A stretch of DNA of 64,000 nucleotides from Phoronis australis (taxonomy: Eukaryota; Animalia; Phoronida). Below are positions 1 through 13,900 of this stretch, one piece after another (position 1 is the first letter of the stretch; every line of letters begins with the position of its first letter). Made by a program: the position numbers and the translations under genes. The stretch is taken from the NCBI GenBank assembly GCA_002633005.1, contig NMRA01000144.1, positions 479,545-543,544 on the forward strand, read 5' to 3'. A model generated the notes under the pieces. The model searched no databases. It worked only from the letters and a program-made list of their open reading frames with translations, and was not told the origin of the DNA.

Positions 1-1
1 G

Positions 2-199
2 CGCATCACCGACTGCCTTTTGGCCGTGGCCTGTTTCCTCATATTCTACGAGTTTCTGGCGCTTATCTACTCAATTGACTGGAATCATATCTTCACACTC
101 TCCTTTGTACTTTTCATGACTTACTATATTTTGTTTAAACTGTTACGCGATCGCCTAGTGCTGGGAAAATCATATAAAGATATCCTGAATGATTCCTAA
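2..199 (+). CDS. TMEM39: 3' end (last coding exon, partial) of transmembrane protein 39 (TMEM39A/B-like)
   Basis: Frame 2 reads RITDCLLAVACFLIFYEFLALIYSIDWNHIFTLSFVLFMTYYILFKLLRDRLVLGKSYKDILNDS* (TAA 197-199). Two hydrophobic helices plus YY..FKLLRDRLVLGK.Y match the TMEM39 family C-terminus as I recall it. It is absent from the ORF track because it has no start codon in the window. Confidence 0.88.
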   Translation, partial: RITDCLLAVACFLIFYEFLALIYSIDWNHIFTLSFVLFMTYYILFKLLRDRLVLGKSYKDILNDS

Positions 200-2460
200 G
201 GCAACTGGGCATGTCATTTTTTCAGTTAAGAGACCACTTGTTGTTTTTTTGTTTTTCTCTAAAGATATGTTGTCATTATCTCACTGCCGCTATTGTCAAA
301 TTTTCTTTGTCTGTTGTCTAAGTTTATCTTAGAACTCTTCGAGTAGTTTACAATACTTTGTAAAGTGTGAAAATTGTATACTGGGGATTTCCGAAAGAAA
401 GTATCCTACCAAGAAAAAGCCCCTACGTGACTCTGTCAGAGACATGGTTGGAAAAAGTCATCATGAAGGTTTCTTTTGGGTTCATTTTGTATGTCTGGCA
501 CCAGATAAATATACGGGCAAGGTGTCGGCAATGTTTCAAGCACCTTTCTAATATTCGAGTTGATCATTTTTAGTGGCCAATGAGCAGGTGAAGTGAAATG
601 TAAGTTTTATTCCTAAACCGATTTGGGTGATGCGGTTGGCAGTGCAAATTTTAAAAAAGCCCCAACTTTTTATGCAAAATCGTTAAAACGAAAAAATGGA
701 ACCCTTTTCCCATGCCCTGGAATTAAGCTTTCAAATTAGTTTTCATTACTGTACCACTTAAGTGTATAGACTAGACTAGATTAGACTTCACTAAAGAATG
801 AATCAACCACATTGCGTTAATTGGAAAGTTTACTCCAAGGCTAAATCTTTAACAAATTTAGTGGTTTCAGACCCAATTCTTGCCACTTTGCTTATAAAGG
901 AGGTCTAGAGGTTTGCTCTTGTTGGTAAAGTCATCCACTCATGAGAAGGGCCCTGAAATGATTACCTGTTGGTTGATTTTGGTAGGCCATTTACTTAAGT
1001 ATTGGAAACCAGTTCCTGTCTTGCTGTTGTTCAAAGTTCACCATCAAAATCTGTGATCAATTCTGGCTCTGTTTACTAGACTGTAATCCTGTGGAAAACA
1101 CTGAAAACACAATGGAGATTTTGTAATTTTGATGTTAGAAGTTACTGCTATGTAGTGGACCATCAACATGTTTAGCCACCATTCTCAAGTTAGTGCCGAA
1201 TAGATTTGTCTAGACGTGATTCATGTGTTAGCTAACTACACAGATTGTACTCTTCAATGGGTGTGTTGTCTTTTGTAAATGTTGTTATAGGAACTGTTGA
1301 AAGTCTATTTTTGTTTGTTATTTATAGTTTTATTGTTTATCTGTTGATCTGTAGTTTACAATAGATTGTGAGTTGCTTTAGATAACTATCAAACTTAAAA
1401 TCTATGTAGCATTAGCCAATGAGATCAATATTCGATCACTATCACAAAGCACATAGTCTCCTAGTTGAAATGTCATACTTAGAACTACTGAAAAAGTAGA
1501 TAATTCCCGCATTCGAACAGTGAAGATTTGTGTATTTTTGCTAAGATCAGTAGTTGTTCCAAATTTAGAAATTCCTAAAATGTAGCTTGCCCTAATGACC
1601 CCCTCTATATTCTAACTGGTAGTCATGAGATGAGTTGAGAGATGGTAAAAACATCTAAAACTTCAAGATTACACACTTTTACCCATCGTTCCCATTCGAG
1701 TTCTGAAATTTATTTCACAAGGAGCGTCAACGATCACTTTTTCACTATTAGTATTTTGAGGAATTCTCCTGAGCAGTTTTGTTGAGCCCTAGATCAGGGT
1801 GTCAGAATGTCCCATTTTATGGTAAATGAAGGTACAATACGGCTCATGAAGGGGATTATCAAGCCAAAATAACACCCAAATAAGAGATTTATCCACTGTT
1901 GTTTTCATTTTTGTCAACATTGCAAAGCGCAGTCGAAACATTCTACACTCCCATTGTGTGAAAGGAAGTGTCCTAAGGTATTGTTTTATTTACTTGTTAA
2001 ACAATATAACTTTATGCTAAGTTAACACTGCTGCTGGTGGAACCATAGAACATAAGTGTTTTGAGGAAATACAATGTGGCTAAATAGGCTACATTTGTCC
2101 AATTCATTTGTGTATCTTTGTAACATTACCTGATCTAGTGGATTAGTTTATTTTTTTGTTTTACAGGGTATTCGAAATTGTGTCTGTGAAATAATTTGGC
2201 TTTTCCTATCATTTGTGATCAATGGTTTAATTGTTTAAATAAAAGACCATTTATTTTAATTTGGGACATTTTTTGGTTGCCACAGTGGGATTTGATAGGT
2301 TACTTACGTGGCAGATGCAGAAGATATGGGAGTGTTCAGGGCTGTGGATCAATTATGTTGTGTTTAAAGAGGTTGGAGTGACGTGGGCCAAAGTTTCAAG
2401 TCACCTTAGGCGTTGCCTTGGAATGGAGAGGCGTCATTATGTTAATCAAAACATTACACT

Positions 2461-2619
2461 GGGGGCAAATCCAGGATATTTTAAAGGGGGGGTTGGATCA
2501 AGGATTTTGTTAAAAATGGAGGTCTAAGTCAACAATTTGAAAATTCCGGATTTGACATCACTAACTTATATCAAGGGAAAAAGGAGGGACCCCCTTGACC
2601 CCTCCCCTAGATCCACCTA
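2461..2619. mobile_element. Short decayed non-autonomous DNA element
   Basis: GGGGGCAAATCCAGG...AGGGGGGG at the left and CCCCCTTGACCCCTCCCCTAGATCCACCTA at the right resemble degenerate inverted termini of a common invertebrate MITE type. Confidence 0.4.
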
Positions 2620-4649
2620 TTTGAGCGGTTATAAATGACACCTCACATGCGCGAACGAACGATACGCCGTTGCATATGTTTCGAGAAAACTTGAAGATCA
2701 GTCATGGTGATGTTTGCGATGTGATACGCGCGTCTTGTAGGTCGTCGTCACCCAACGTTTTGAATGTACCGTGTATGGAATAGAATGTTGTCATTATTCA
2801 GGAACTTAAGATAAGATCACAGAGGGCTGATAAAGTGTGGTAATTACGTCGGGGCACATTGCAACCTTGTGTAAAAAAACGTTGCAAAAAGACGCATACC
2901 GGGCAAATTAGTCATTTTTTGAAAATGAGATGAAATCGTAAAGTTCTTACATAACCTCGCATAAAGGTCCTGCGCGAGGAACACCAGCCTGAGGTCTTGC
3001 AATAAATAGCTGGTGAATTCCCACTGTGCGGAGCTGTCAGTTGCGTAGACGCAAGGATATCACGAAATCGTGACATTACGCAAGTTTTCGCGAGATCTCC
3101 CTACGCACTACAATCGAAGCACGTGGACCCACTAACTTTGAACAGAACACGTATCACGCCAAAGGAAGGGCAATAAAAATCCACCTTGAGTCAGCTGCTT
3201 GTTGGACGGCTCATCGTCATGATCTCAAATAAAATAGATTTTTGCGAGTAATGTTCCCGGCTTATGGGCTGCGCACTAGTTTCAGCGAGTTTCTTTGTGG
3301 TTTCACTTTAAGTAGTTGGCCTGAAGACATCTGTCTCCTCTTTTGGCCTCAACTTAGTTACTTACTCTCATGAAAAGTGATTTCTGTGCTTGCAAAGAGC
3401 TGGCACTTCGTTATTCCTAATTCTGAAACTGTATGTTAGGTGCATATTTATGAAACCGAGTGGCGTTGAGCAGCCTCGGGATCAACTGAGGCACTGTGCT
3501 CTTCCGCCTTTGCAACCCACGCTATTGGCAGAAGAAAATTTACTCACTTCTTGCTGATTAAAGTTCAGTAAATACATTGTTCTTACGACACTTTTTGAGG
3601 CCCAAAACTGGGAAGTACTTTCGATCTCTGGACGGTGACGCTGGCTACGAACTTAATTAGAGCCGGAGTAAACAGGATTCTGATGTCATAACTTGTTAAA
3701 ACAGGGTAGCAAATTTAGCGGCTCAACTAAAGCAAAAAATTTCCTGCGGGCTCACTTTGGCTTGTCGCTGTGAGTGACCTGCCCAAGCAGACCCGTAGGA
3801 AGGCAAAAATTATGTTATCACAAACCAGCCTTCTTCCTATATGATCCCCCCGCCGCCGTTCAGGGGTAATACATGAGTTGCAGCCATCAGGACTTGAGTA
3901 ACCGTGAACCCGTAGTTTCACGCAGGGTAAGAATGAGTTTAGGGCCAGCGCACTGATGGCCGGGTAGCTGCATGGGATCCAGCAGTGCCGGGATTCGATG
4001 AACTTGAGCTAGTCGCTGGTCAGCTCAGCTATGATTCAATTGAGACAGGCAGCTTAGCTCGTACCTATTCCTCTGCGCTGGCTGTAAGGTCAAGATTCGT
4101 TCAGTTTTATTATGATCACGTTTCAGGATTCAACACGGCCATTCTTTGCGGAAGGAATTTTTGGAAACGTGAGGTCCCGTGGTCCGTGGTATGAGTGTCT
4201 TTATGGCCGTTTCAAAATGTCTTGATGAAACACAGCCGGTAATCCAGTTTCTTGTGGCTGGGGGAAATGATAAAGAGTGTGCCCCAAAAATGTACACACT
4301 TCAACGCCTGGAGTTCAAATTCAGCTCCCGGGCCCGTGGATCCCCGAGATTCTGCGCACGGCCCACTGGATGGTTACACCGGCCTTATTTTTATCGTCAC
4401 TGGTGGTTGCGTCAGTCATGACGTGCTCCGTGTGTGCAGTATGCACAGGAAGGGAAAGTAGATGATTCAGTTTTGAAGAAAATGATTGCGCAGTACTATT
4501 GGAAACTAACAATATCAAGGAAGTGCAAAGAGAACCTAGACCAAGTTGATGAGCAATAAGTTTAATTTTATTTATTTAAGTACTTAAACTTCTTTTTCGA
4601 CCGACGGTTTGTAAAATTAACACACTAATCTATTATCCTAAGTCAATAA

Positions 4650-5335
4650 ACAATTTATTGTCATTTGAATTGTGAGAAAATTTTATGATACTTTGTAGAG
4701 CTGTCCGACATTCATCAACATCTTTGAGACTTATTTCAAACAGACAAAACAAATCGTTTGGTGTACATGTACTTTTATATTTGGGGATCTGGTGATACAT
4801 GTAGATCGAATTTTCCCAATGTCTGCCTGCAATTCACTGAAGCATTGTCATTTCTTACAAGATTAGCTTCTAACTGTAAAAAAATCATCTGTCAATCAAC
4901 CCATTTTCATAGATACATAAACATGTAATTCAGAAACCACTGAATAGTCGATTCCATGAGCAATACGCTTACCTTGATTTAATGACTAAATTCCTTTTTG
5001 ATCCCCTGCAAGTTAGTGAGTTTAAACGACAATTCTTGTACCAAAGTAAAAAAGCAATGCATTTATTGTCATTTGAATTGTGAGTTGATTTTTGGGAACA
5101 GTCCAAATTTCATCAATTTCTTTTGAGAGTTATTTTAGATAGGCAAGAAGCGTCCAAGTGCACTTTACTGTTTAGGGATCCGATGATTATAGAGTTTTTC
5201 CATATTCAGGTTTCAACTAAATTCACTGAAACATCATAATTTCTTGAAACATTAGCTTCTAATTGCCAAAAATCACCTATTAAGCTATCGGTTTTTGTAG
5301 ATACATTAGCACTTAAATCAGAAACCAACGAATTT
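4650..5335 (+). repeat. Diverged direct duplication (~4650-4945 vs ~5060-5335)
   Basis: ATTTATTGTCATTTGAATTGTGAG, ATTCACTGAA, ATTAGCTTCTAA and TCAGAAACCA recur in the same order about 400 bp apart. Confidence 0.7.
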
Positions 5336-7419
5336 GTTTATCAAAACGGAGTGTTATAAACATTTTCCGCAGGCATGATCTCAGATTTTTGACGGGTAAG
5401 CCTAACCCGGGGAACATGGGAGATGGGACATTCATTTTAAGGTGTATTTTTGCTCATTTCTGAGGTACCTTTAACTGTTCACGAGTTTAACTTGAACTCC
5501 AAAAAAAGAAAACGCTGAAATATTTGTTTATTGTTGCGAGTATTTTGAGTACCCCTGTTCGACATGTACACAGTCATCACAATTAAATCGTAGCCCGCAG
5601 TTTTTTCGACATTTGTGAATTCATTACAAACAGTTCCTAGTAACGACCTTCAAAAGAAATACTATTCTTGTGATACTATTGGGAAAATATAACATTATTT
5701 ATAACTAACCATCGGAAGTAGCCTTTTTGTGTAATTCACAAATAGTGATCTTCACGTTCTTCAAAATTCCAACTTTTTCAGTGATGTTGGTCAATCCTAT
5801 TGTATTTTTCACATTTTGGTTGTTTGGGTCGAATGTTTTGATAGTGCTGGGCTGTGCACGGTTGTTTTGTGTTTTTGATGAATTTGGAAGCTCAACTTCC
5901 CTTCGCGAATACTAAGCAGTGTCGGATTTACATATATAGGGACACCCAAACAGCCCACCGAGAGGGGGTCCCGGTTTTCGATTTTTAAAAATCGATGAAC
6001 TAATACTCTAAGAACTACAACCGTTGGGTACGATTGAAGATAAACTACCGTGCGTATTGATACACTCGGTGGATATACAAACGCTAATAAGAGTTAACAA
6101 TATCACATGGATTCATTTTTTAATATTCTTTCAATCTCGTTTAACCAGATTTTTGACCAGGAAACAGTTGTTGTGCCCACTTTTCATTTTTATTACTGAC
6201 AAAGAGCTAAAAATAGTTATATAGTCAGTGCCACCGAAACTGTCTAGAGATTCCAAATCTTCAATTTCAGTTGGTTATCACCAAATTTGCACTTTTGTAT
6301 ATATTTTATGATTTGAGTTCTAATAAAGATTAAACTTTAATGACATGTGAAATGTTTAATCTACCTGTAATGTGGTAAGTTTAGGGATAGGCTCACAATG
6401 AACTTAACTAATTAAGTTTAGCTGGCGATAAAAATCTATCATTGTTTTGGTACTTCAAGTTCAAAATTTAGAGAAAAAAAGTTATCAACCCGTTCCCGGT
6501 AAGAGAAAAAAAACAATTGGGCAGAAGCATTAAAAATTAAATAAAGAAAACCAATATGAAACTTATCGTTCCTTTGGGAAGTGGCCCTTTGAGAAGATAA
6601 ACACAAGTTAACCTTTTTAGTCATTCTGTAATATTTATAATGTACCAAGTTAAAACTACTTTCCAGAGTTGCAGGCTATATCTCTGCAAATGTCAGAGAA
6701 AACCAAACTGGGGGTACTAACAACAACCATTGTTGAGTGTTAGCAATTACCTTTCCACTTCATTAGCTCAGATCTACTTCAAAACAAAGGCGTGCTGAAT
6801 TGGCATCGTAAAAGTTGTCTGGGGCTTAGGGAATTAGAGCGGTCACCAGTTTAAGCGAGAATGTGAAGGTTCACTGCCGCGCGCTTTAATTCAAGATATT
6901 GCATGTCTCTAACTATGCCAATGTATGACAGGAACTAAACGGCTATATTTGAATATCATCTACGCTGAACAAAGTCCAGTTGTATTCATTGACAACAATT
7001 GTGAAAACAAAAAAATCTGTAATGAGCTAGGCGACCTTCGATCACTGAGTTTGCCACTCATTAATGTACATCAAGTTAATTACAGTTCCCAACATCAGGT
7101 CACGATATCTATTGGACTCGGTTGAATGATTTACGGCGGATCATTTTCGACACAAAACTCCTTCTTAAAAACATTTGGCATTTTAGTTTCAACCGACTAC
7201 TTCATATCACATCGTCGCTATAGGCACTAGAGTTGTATGTTACATAAGTGTAGGGCCTGAGTTTTCAGTTAAGTCTAAGACATATGACCCGCATTCACAA
7301 GATTGGAATTAGCGTGCAAGTTCCACTTTAACCTTTTCTTTCTATTTTACTTTGGTTCACCAAGACGGTAGTTTACTCATCTTTAGTTTGACAACACGAG
7401 GTTTGTTCTCGCTTTTTGA

Positions 7420-7908
7420 CTCAGTGAGGCACGCCGCCTGTGAGCCCGGGCGAAGTCCCTCAGTCAACGTGCGATATATGGATCCAGACTAATTTTTCAT
7501 GCTAACGGGTTTCTTTTTTAAATCGCTGGGTGGGTATGCTAATTTTGCAGCTCAGTGCACCTGCGGTACCTCCCCCCACCCCCAACGTTGAGTAGCCCTG
7601 CCCCTGCCGTACGCGCCAGCCGCGTCCCCGGGATCATGCTCAGCTTCGTTCTTCAAGAATGTCGAAAATAACTACGGATTGACTAGGAAAACGTTTTGCG
7701 TTGCATTGCGTTGTGCCGTCAACCTCAACGCTGGATCTCCTATAGCCTATCGCCAGCGGACCACCAACCTGTAGTGCAGCTGGCAACCAGGACAACAGTG
7801 ACCATCACTAATGACATCTTTTGGCGGCACACTGAACATTTCTTCGGAAGTTTTCGTGCGCATGCCCAAGTGACCTTTAAGGTGAACTTTTTTGTTTGGT
7901 CTTTCAAC
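7420..7908 (+). promoter_or_regulatory. GC/CpG-rich promoter and 5' UTR region of the RREB1-like gene
   Basis: Local CpG enrichment and a GC-box-like CCCCCCACCCC immediately upstream of the first coding exon. The TSS cannot be determined. Confidence 0.4.
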
Positions 7909-10900
7909 ATGTCCAGAAGAAAACAGTCGAATCCTCGGCCTGTTAAAGGTAGGTTTGGCAATTGTTGGTAAATGTTTACCATTGCTTGTTTATCTGCCTC
8001 GTATTTTCATATATTAACACAATTTGAGAGTTTATAATTTGGAAACTATGCCGTACAGTTGTAAGTTATTCACACCAAGAACGAAACCGGATTACCGACT
8101 CCGCGGATCTGACGATGTCATAGTTCCTTTAAAATTTGGGCGTTTTCGATTGCTTTTGCTCAATTTTGACATGTTCAACTTTTAGGTATTTTCTTTAACG
8201 AACCTTTGATTTGTTTAGTTTAGATTTTTGCTCAGTTTCATGTGCTCGACATCATCATTTAGGATGAGGATACCTAAAGTAATTTGCATACAAGAGCGTG
8301 CAATGGGTCACGTGCATTTCATCTTTCATTTTTGAAGTTTATGAGTGCACTTTTAACTGAACTTTAGTGATTGATTAATGTTATTCTGTTGTAATAAAAT
8401 GATATTATAATGTATTAAAAATGGTTTTCAGACAATTATGGACTTGGTGGAAGAATCACATGTTAATAGTTTTGTTGTTCAAAAGCCGTGGGCTAAGTTT
8501 ATAATTTGTTGAAGGCTGCACTTAAATGAACAAATTCACTAATCGGATGTTTAGGTTTGATTTGTTAGGAATTTAATTGGTTATCTGAATATGAACAATT
8601 AATGTTCTGTTATTATAATGGGCCATTAAAACCTTAATTGTTATTTTAATTGAAGTAAAGTAAAAACCATTCTTTTACTAGCATTCATTTTAATCATTGA
8701 ACTTCTGTAGGAAGGCAGACGTGTGACATTTTTCATAAAATTTCATATGTGTGGCCATTATCTGGCATACATTTTGGTAAGAGATAGTTGTACGTGTTTA
8801 AGTCATTTTTATTTCATGTATCGCAGTAATTGAAGATGAAGATGAGGATTCTGACATGGAAATTTACTCCAACTTACCAACCAGTTCAGTTGAGGTACGT
8901 AATTAAGAGCTGTACATTTAGTTTTCGAACATGGAATATGTTACAATTGATCCTTTGAGCCATACAAAACTGTCAAATTTACTTAAAATTCTGACATTAG
9001 CACACAACCCATGGCTGTTATGTACTTGCCTACAGTGGATGTAATTTTCTTCTATTTGTAATTGGTGGAGGTTTCAATGCTGTTGCACATTCAAAATTAA
9101 TTAGCCCAATGCAGTACCTGGACAACTTCGGATTTCCTTTGCAATTTCGAACATTAGTTATTGTAAAACTCCACATTTTTGTGAAATTCTAAAACCACTT
9201 TATGCCTTATGTAGGTGCAAATTATGTCATTTCTGTCTGTGCGTCCGGCATTCACTTCTGTATAGATCCTAAACTCCTTGCATGATAATTGGCAGATGTG
9301 TGCTTATGAAGCTGACAATAGATGACAACAAGTTTCTGTTGTGCCCACTAGTTATTTTGTTACGTTTGCTTCTATATTCAGTTTTTTGATGGTTTTTCAT
9401 GAAATATGGCACATAGATTTCTGTTAAGGTGACAATGATGCTTTTTCATTTTCAAATGGGGATTTGTTATATTCTTTATATTCTGTGCTACCTGGTGGCC
9501 ACTTTGTATTGTTTTTGATTTCGGTTGTTGGAGTCCTCTTCTTTATCCTCCAAACTGCTCAGACAGATGTATTCCTGATGAAAAAAGACCATGGATGACT
9601 TTGATTTTTAGATGGATGCAACTACTGTGGCACCCCCTAGAATACTTTGCTAGATGTTTATAAAATTTGGCATGTATTTTCCTCTGAATGTGATAACAGT
9701 TGACCGTGACTTTTGAATAGACTTGATAACTATGCTATGCCCCATAGTGGCAATTTTACTTTGTGTATTCAGAGTTCCTTGATGGTTTTTCAAGAACTTT
9801 TGCATATTATATAGGTTTCTGTTTAGGAGACTGTGGCACCGTTCCATTTTAAGAAAGATTTGATGTATTTTGCACCACCTGGTGGCCACTTAAATTGTCT
9901 TTAGCTTGTTATTGTTTGTCTCTTTATCCATTAATCTACCTAGAGGGTCATTATGAAAACTGACAGATCATGTGTTCCTTCTGACATGAGCACCACTGAC
10001 ATTAGTTTTCAGATGGAACTGACTACTATGGCGCCTTCTAGTGGCATTTTTGCATCTGTAGCAGCATCTCCTAAAACCCTTGTACTGTGGTAGGATCTGT
10101 AGGAAATTTGGCAAGTATGTTATATTGACAACAGATGGGAATATCCGACTACCACTGTGCATCCTAGTGGCAATTTCATTATTTTATGTTTGTTTCTGTA
10201 TCTTTGTAGTTCCTTGACGAATTTTCATAAAATTTAGCAATATGTGTATGGATTTCTGTTTGGGAGATGACGTATTCTGTGCTATTTGTAGCTGTTTTTA
10301 TGATTCTAATATAAGCTTTCCTACCATGAGCGGTGCAATCATGGGCTCATTTCAATGCTCTGCTTTGCTCAATATTGCCGGTATCTCTCATTTACTCAAC
10401 AATATTGATACACAATATTTTCCAGGCATTGGTTGATGAGTCCAGTAACGATACATCAGGCAAGTCACGACTTGCATCAAAGAGTTTCGGCATGTGCAAG
10501 GCATCTGATGTGTCCAACACTGCACAGGTGACATAATTAAAATTTTGAATCTTGAATTCAGTATAATTTTGATATTAATTGTGATTTAAATCTAACATTG
10601 TGACAAGCCACTTCATGATTGCGTTCTGTTGGGGGACACCTGTAAACAACTTCAATGAGATAAATGTTTGTATAACTTAAAGCTAGATGTAGTCACGTGT
10701 CCAGGATGCAAGTGTCATCTGCTGACCATTCCATCTGAGACGAAACGCTGCACATGTTACTTTGCCCTCGAGGTGCTTGTACGAGTTCGTTTACCAGTTC
10801 AGGTCTACGGTAGGCATCCCTAGAGGGGTTAAACAAACAAGCTAGGTATTGCAGATGATTGAGTTTGTTAATTACTGTACTCGGAGCCAGTGTTGAGTAA

Positions 10901-13900
10901 TGACGAGAGAAAATTAACACTGGTATTGTCCTCAGTTGTGAGAAGGACATTGGCTTTAAATAAAAAGATCACTTGCTTTCTGAAAGGTAAACAGCTGCTG
11001 AGAAAATGGTCATGGTCCTTGCATCCAGGATAGGATATGTTACATGTGTTAGTCAAGGATTAGTTTGCTGTGTGGTTCTCTCATGTGCACAATCAAATTT
11101 ACAACACTGCAACACGTAGTGCACTTGCAAAGTGAACTATGGAAGAGCAGCCTATTCTCAAGGGACTAGCAGTGTGGCTTGGTGGTATTTGAATCCACAA
11201 TGTTTAGATTGAGAGGCTGAAACTCTGTGACTGGGCCATATTGCCTCCACTCCAATTGTACTTTTCACGCCAAAGTATTTAGAGAAAATTATTCAGAATT
11301 CCTCATCAAAATGGCTGGAAGGAAGCCAAATTTCATCAGAAAAGCCTTACCTCATGACCCAGAATGAAAGGGTACTTGTACTGGCAGGTATGTCGGTAAT
11401 GTGGTTAAGCCATTCTGTCGTTAAAATTTGCTGTTATAGTTGTAGTTTGTCATTTTCGCTGTAAAGAGAATTAGCTGTCAAGACAGAGGGGGAGGGCTGT
11501 ATTTTGTCTATCACTTTTGTCATTTACTGTATTACCAAGATTTGGTCTTGCTGCTTGTCAAACTAACTTCACTTTTGCCTGTCTGTTTTTTACAGAATGA
11601 TTCATTGAAACGCCCCTTTCCAAACACTGATGATGCTGTAAGTTCTGAACAAGATACCTCCAAAAAAACGCGCAAGGGACCTGAACAGGTGTGTTTTTAA
11701 ACAAATAAATGAATACCTAACCACAACTAAATACTATATTTTACTTGATGCCTTCATTCATTTGTGACTTATAATGTGAAACCTTCAGAGAAACAGACTT
11801 TGAAAATTCATATTATTGAAAACTCAATGTGTTCTGTAGAATCTTGAAGACTTGGGAAACTGGTGATGTCCTGCACTTTGTTTTAAGAAGCTTAGAGTTT
11901 GAGGATTATGTGGAGGATTTTCAATGTAAAATATCAAAATTAGTTGGAGGTTATTTTTCACTTATTTCACCCAAAAACAATTTCCAAAATTGTTATTTTC
12001 CATGTATCCTAATTTCTTGACAGTTTAAACATTGATGTTTATGTATAGCCTGTATTGACAATGCAGTACGTGCCTTCTTCATCTCACTGATCATGTGACC
12101 ATGTGAACAATGGCGGAACACGAATGGATTTGATGTAAACAGTCATGTAAAAAATTACTAATTAAGACTGATATTTTGTAAATGCTGGATAGACTTATTG
12201 AAGACAAGTAATCTTACTCACAAAAGAAACCAAAGGCTTCTTTATGCTTAGAGCCAGTCAAAATAAGATTTGAATTTGATCTTTTTTTTTGGAAACTACA
12301 TCATATTTTACAATTTCAGGGATTTTAAGGGGCTATTATAAATAAAAGTCGTGATCTGATGTTGCCAATTCAGACACTAATGTGCTTCTTGAGAGATTAC
12401 AATACTTCTTCTCATTTCAGGTTATACCAGAGATAAAAAATGGCATTGAGGTGTATACCTGCCCCGTCTGTTCAACCAAGGTGAAGACTTCTCAGGAGCT
12501 GACTAGTCACATTCGCCTGCATAATTCACCTACAGCTAGTGGTTACAAACCTCTTGCTTATGATTTTAAGTGTCAAGTCTGTGGACGCCTAATGAGTTCT
12601 CAAAGTAGCCTTGACCGCCATTCCCTGGTGCATTCTGGTAAATAAGATTTTGAATGTGAAATTGGCTTTTAAAAGTGTCCGAAACGAGTTGAATTCTTGG
12701 AAATAGGCTTCAGAGTGTCATTGTTAAAATTTAGTGTTACTTGAACCTGGACTGATGTGTGTAAAGTGTAACAATTTCTTAAACTGCAACAACTGTTATA
12801 TTACAGTTGGTACATTTTACGAAATTGTTACATTTTACAGCATTGTTATATTTTACATAACTAGGCCTCTCCTAAAACAAGTTGTTGGTGTACTTCATAA
12901 GAAACTTGGCCCATACAGCAGTGAGATGGACTTCGTCAATAGCTTTTTGCAATTAAGGTGGTAGACAGAACCTGTCAGTATCCAAAACTTTGATCTTTCT
13001 CCTTTTGTGTGGAGTAGGGAAATTATGGCATTAGCGATGACTTCAAAGCAATAAAACAATGGCTGAAATAAATCAAACTATCATGGACTAAAATGGGTGA
13101 TTTTTCTATGAAATTGATTTCCGATTTGAATTCCCTGTGAAAAAATTTGTTATGGTTGTATTTTCCCGAAGAGATGCGATAAATATTAGCCAAAGTATGA
13201 TGTCATTGTTTTTGTTGACACTTACCTAGGGAAGTGTGTTTACTGTAATGCCAGATACGCTATTAGTTTAATGACCAGTGAGCACAAGATTGCGTAACTG
13301 TTACGTTTTACCTCATCAGCGCACACGTGTGCTCACGCACTTAAATCGCTGGAGTTGGTCTGCACTTTACATTGGCAACAGTATGTGACTGACGACTTAT
13401 ATGTCACGCATGTAGCCCCAGAAACAAGTAAAGTGTTTGAGAATTTCTTGGTCACTCAAAAACGACTTTGCTGAAAGTAAAGACGTGGCTGTCATTTGGC
13501 GATAGATAGGGTTGTCATTTTCACGTTTGCTGTCTTTCGCGATAAAAAATGGAGACACACATTTCCAAGTCACGATCGTCTTCCGGGGCGGCTTGCGCAC
13601 TAGCAACGGGACTGACCAGTGCGTTATCAGGAATATTGTCGTGCATATTTGATAATAAGAACATCTTACTTGAAAAAATGTGTTTTTCCACCACAAAATT
13701 TGGTAGGTTGATCGTTTCATAATTAGTAGAAACACCGCTGTTTTTTGACATTTTATAACATGTCATGCCATGGTCCGGCAAAAGTAGCCGAAAATGTTAG
13801 CCAATGAAATGCATCAAAGATTGATTCTGCATTACCCCATATTCACTTGACATGCTAACTTACAATACATCGGGAGGGTTGTTCTCGGTTAGTGTTCTTT

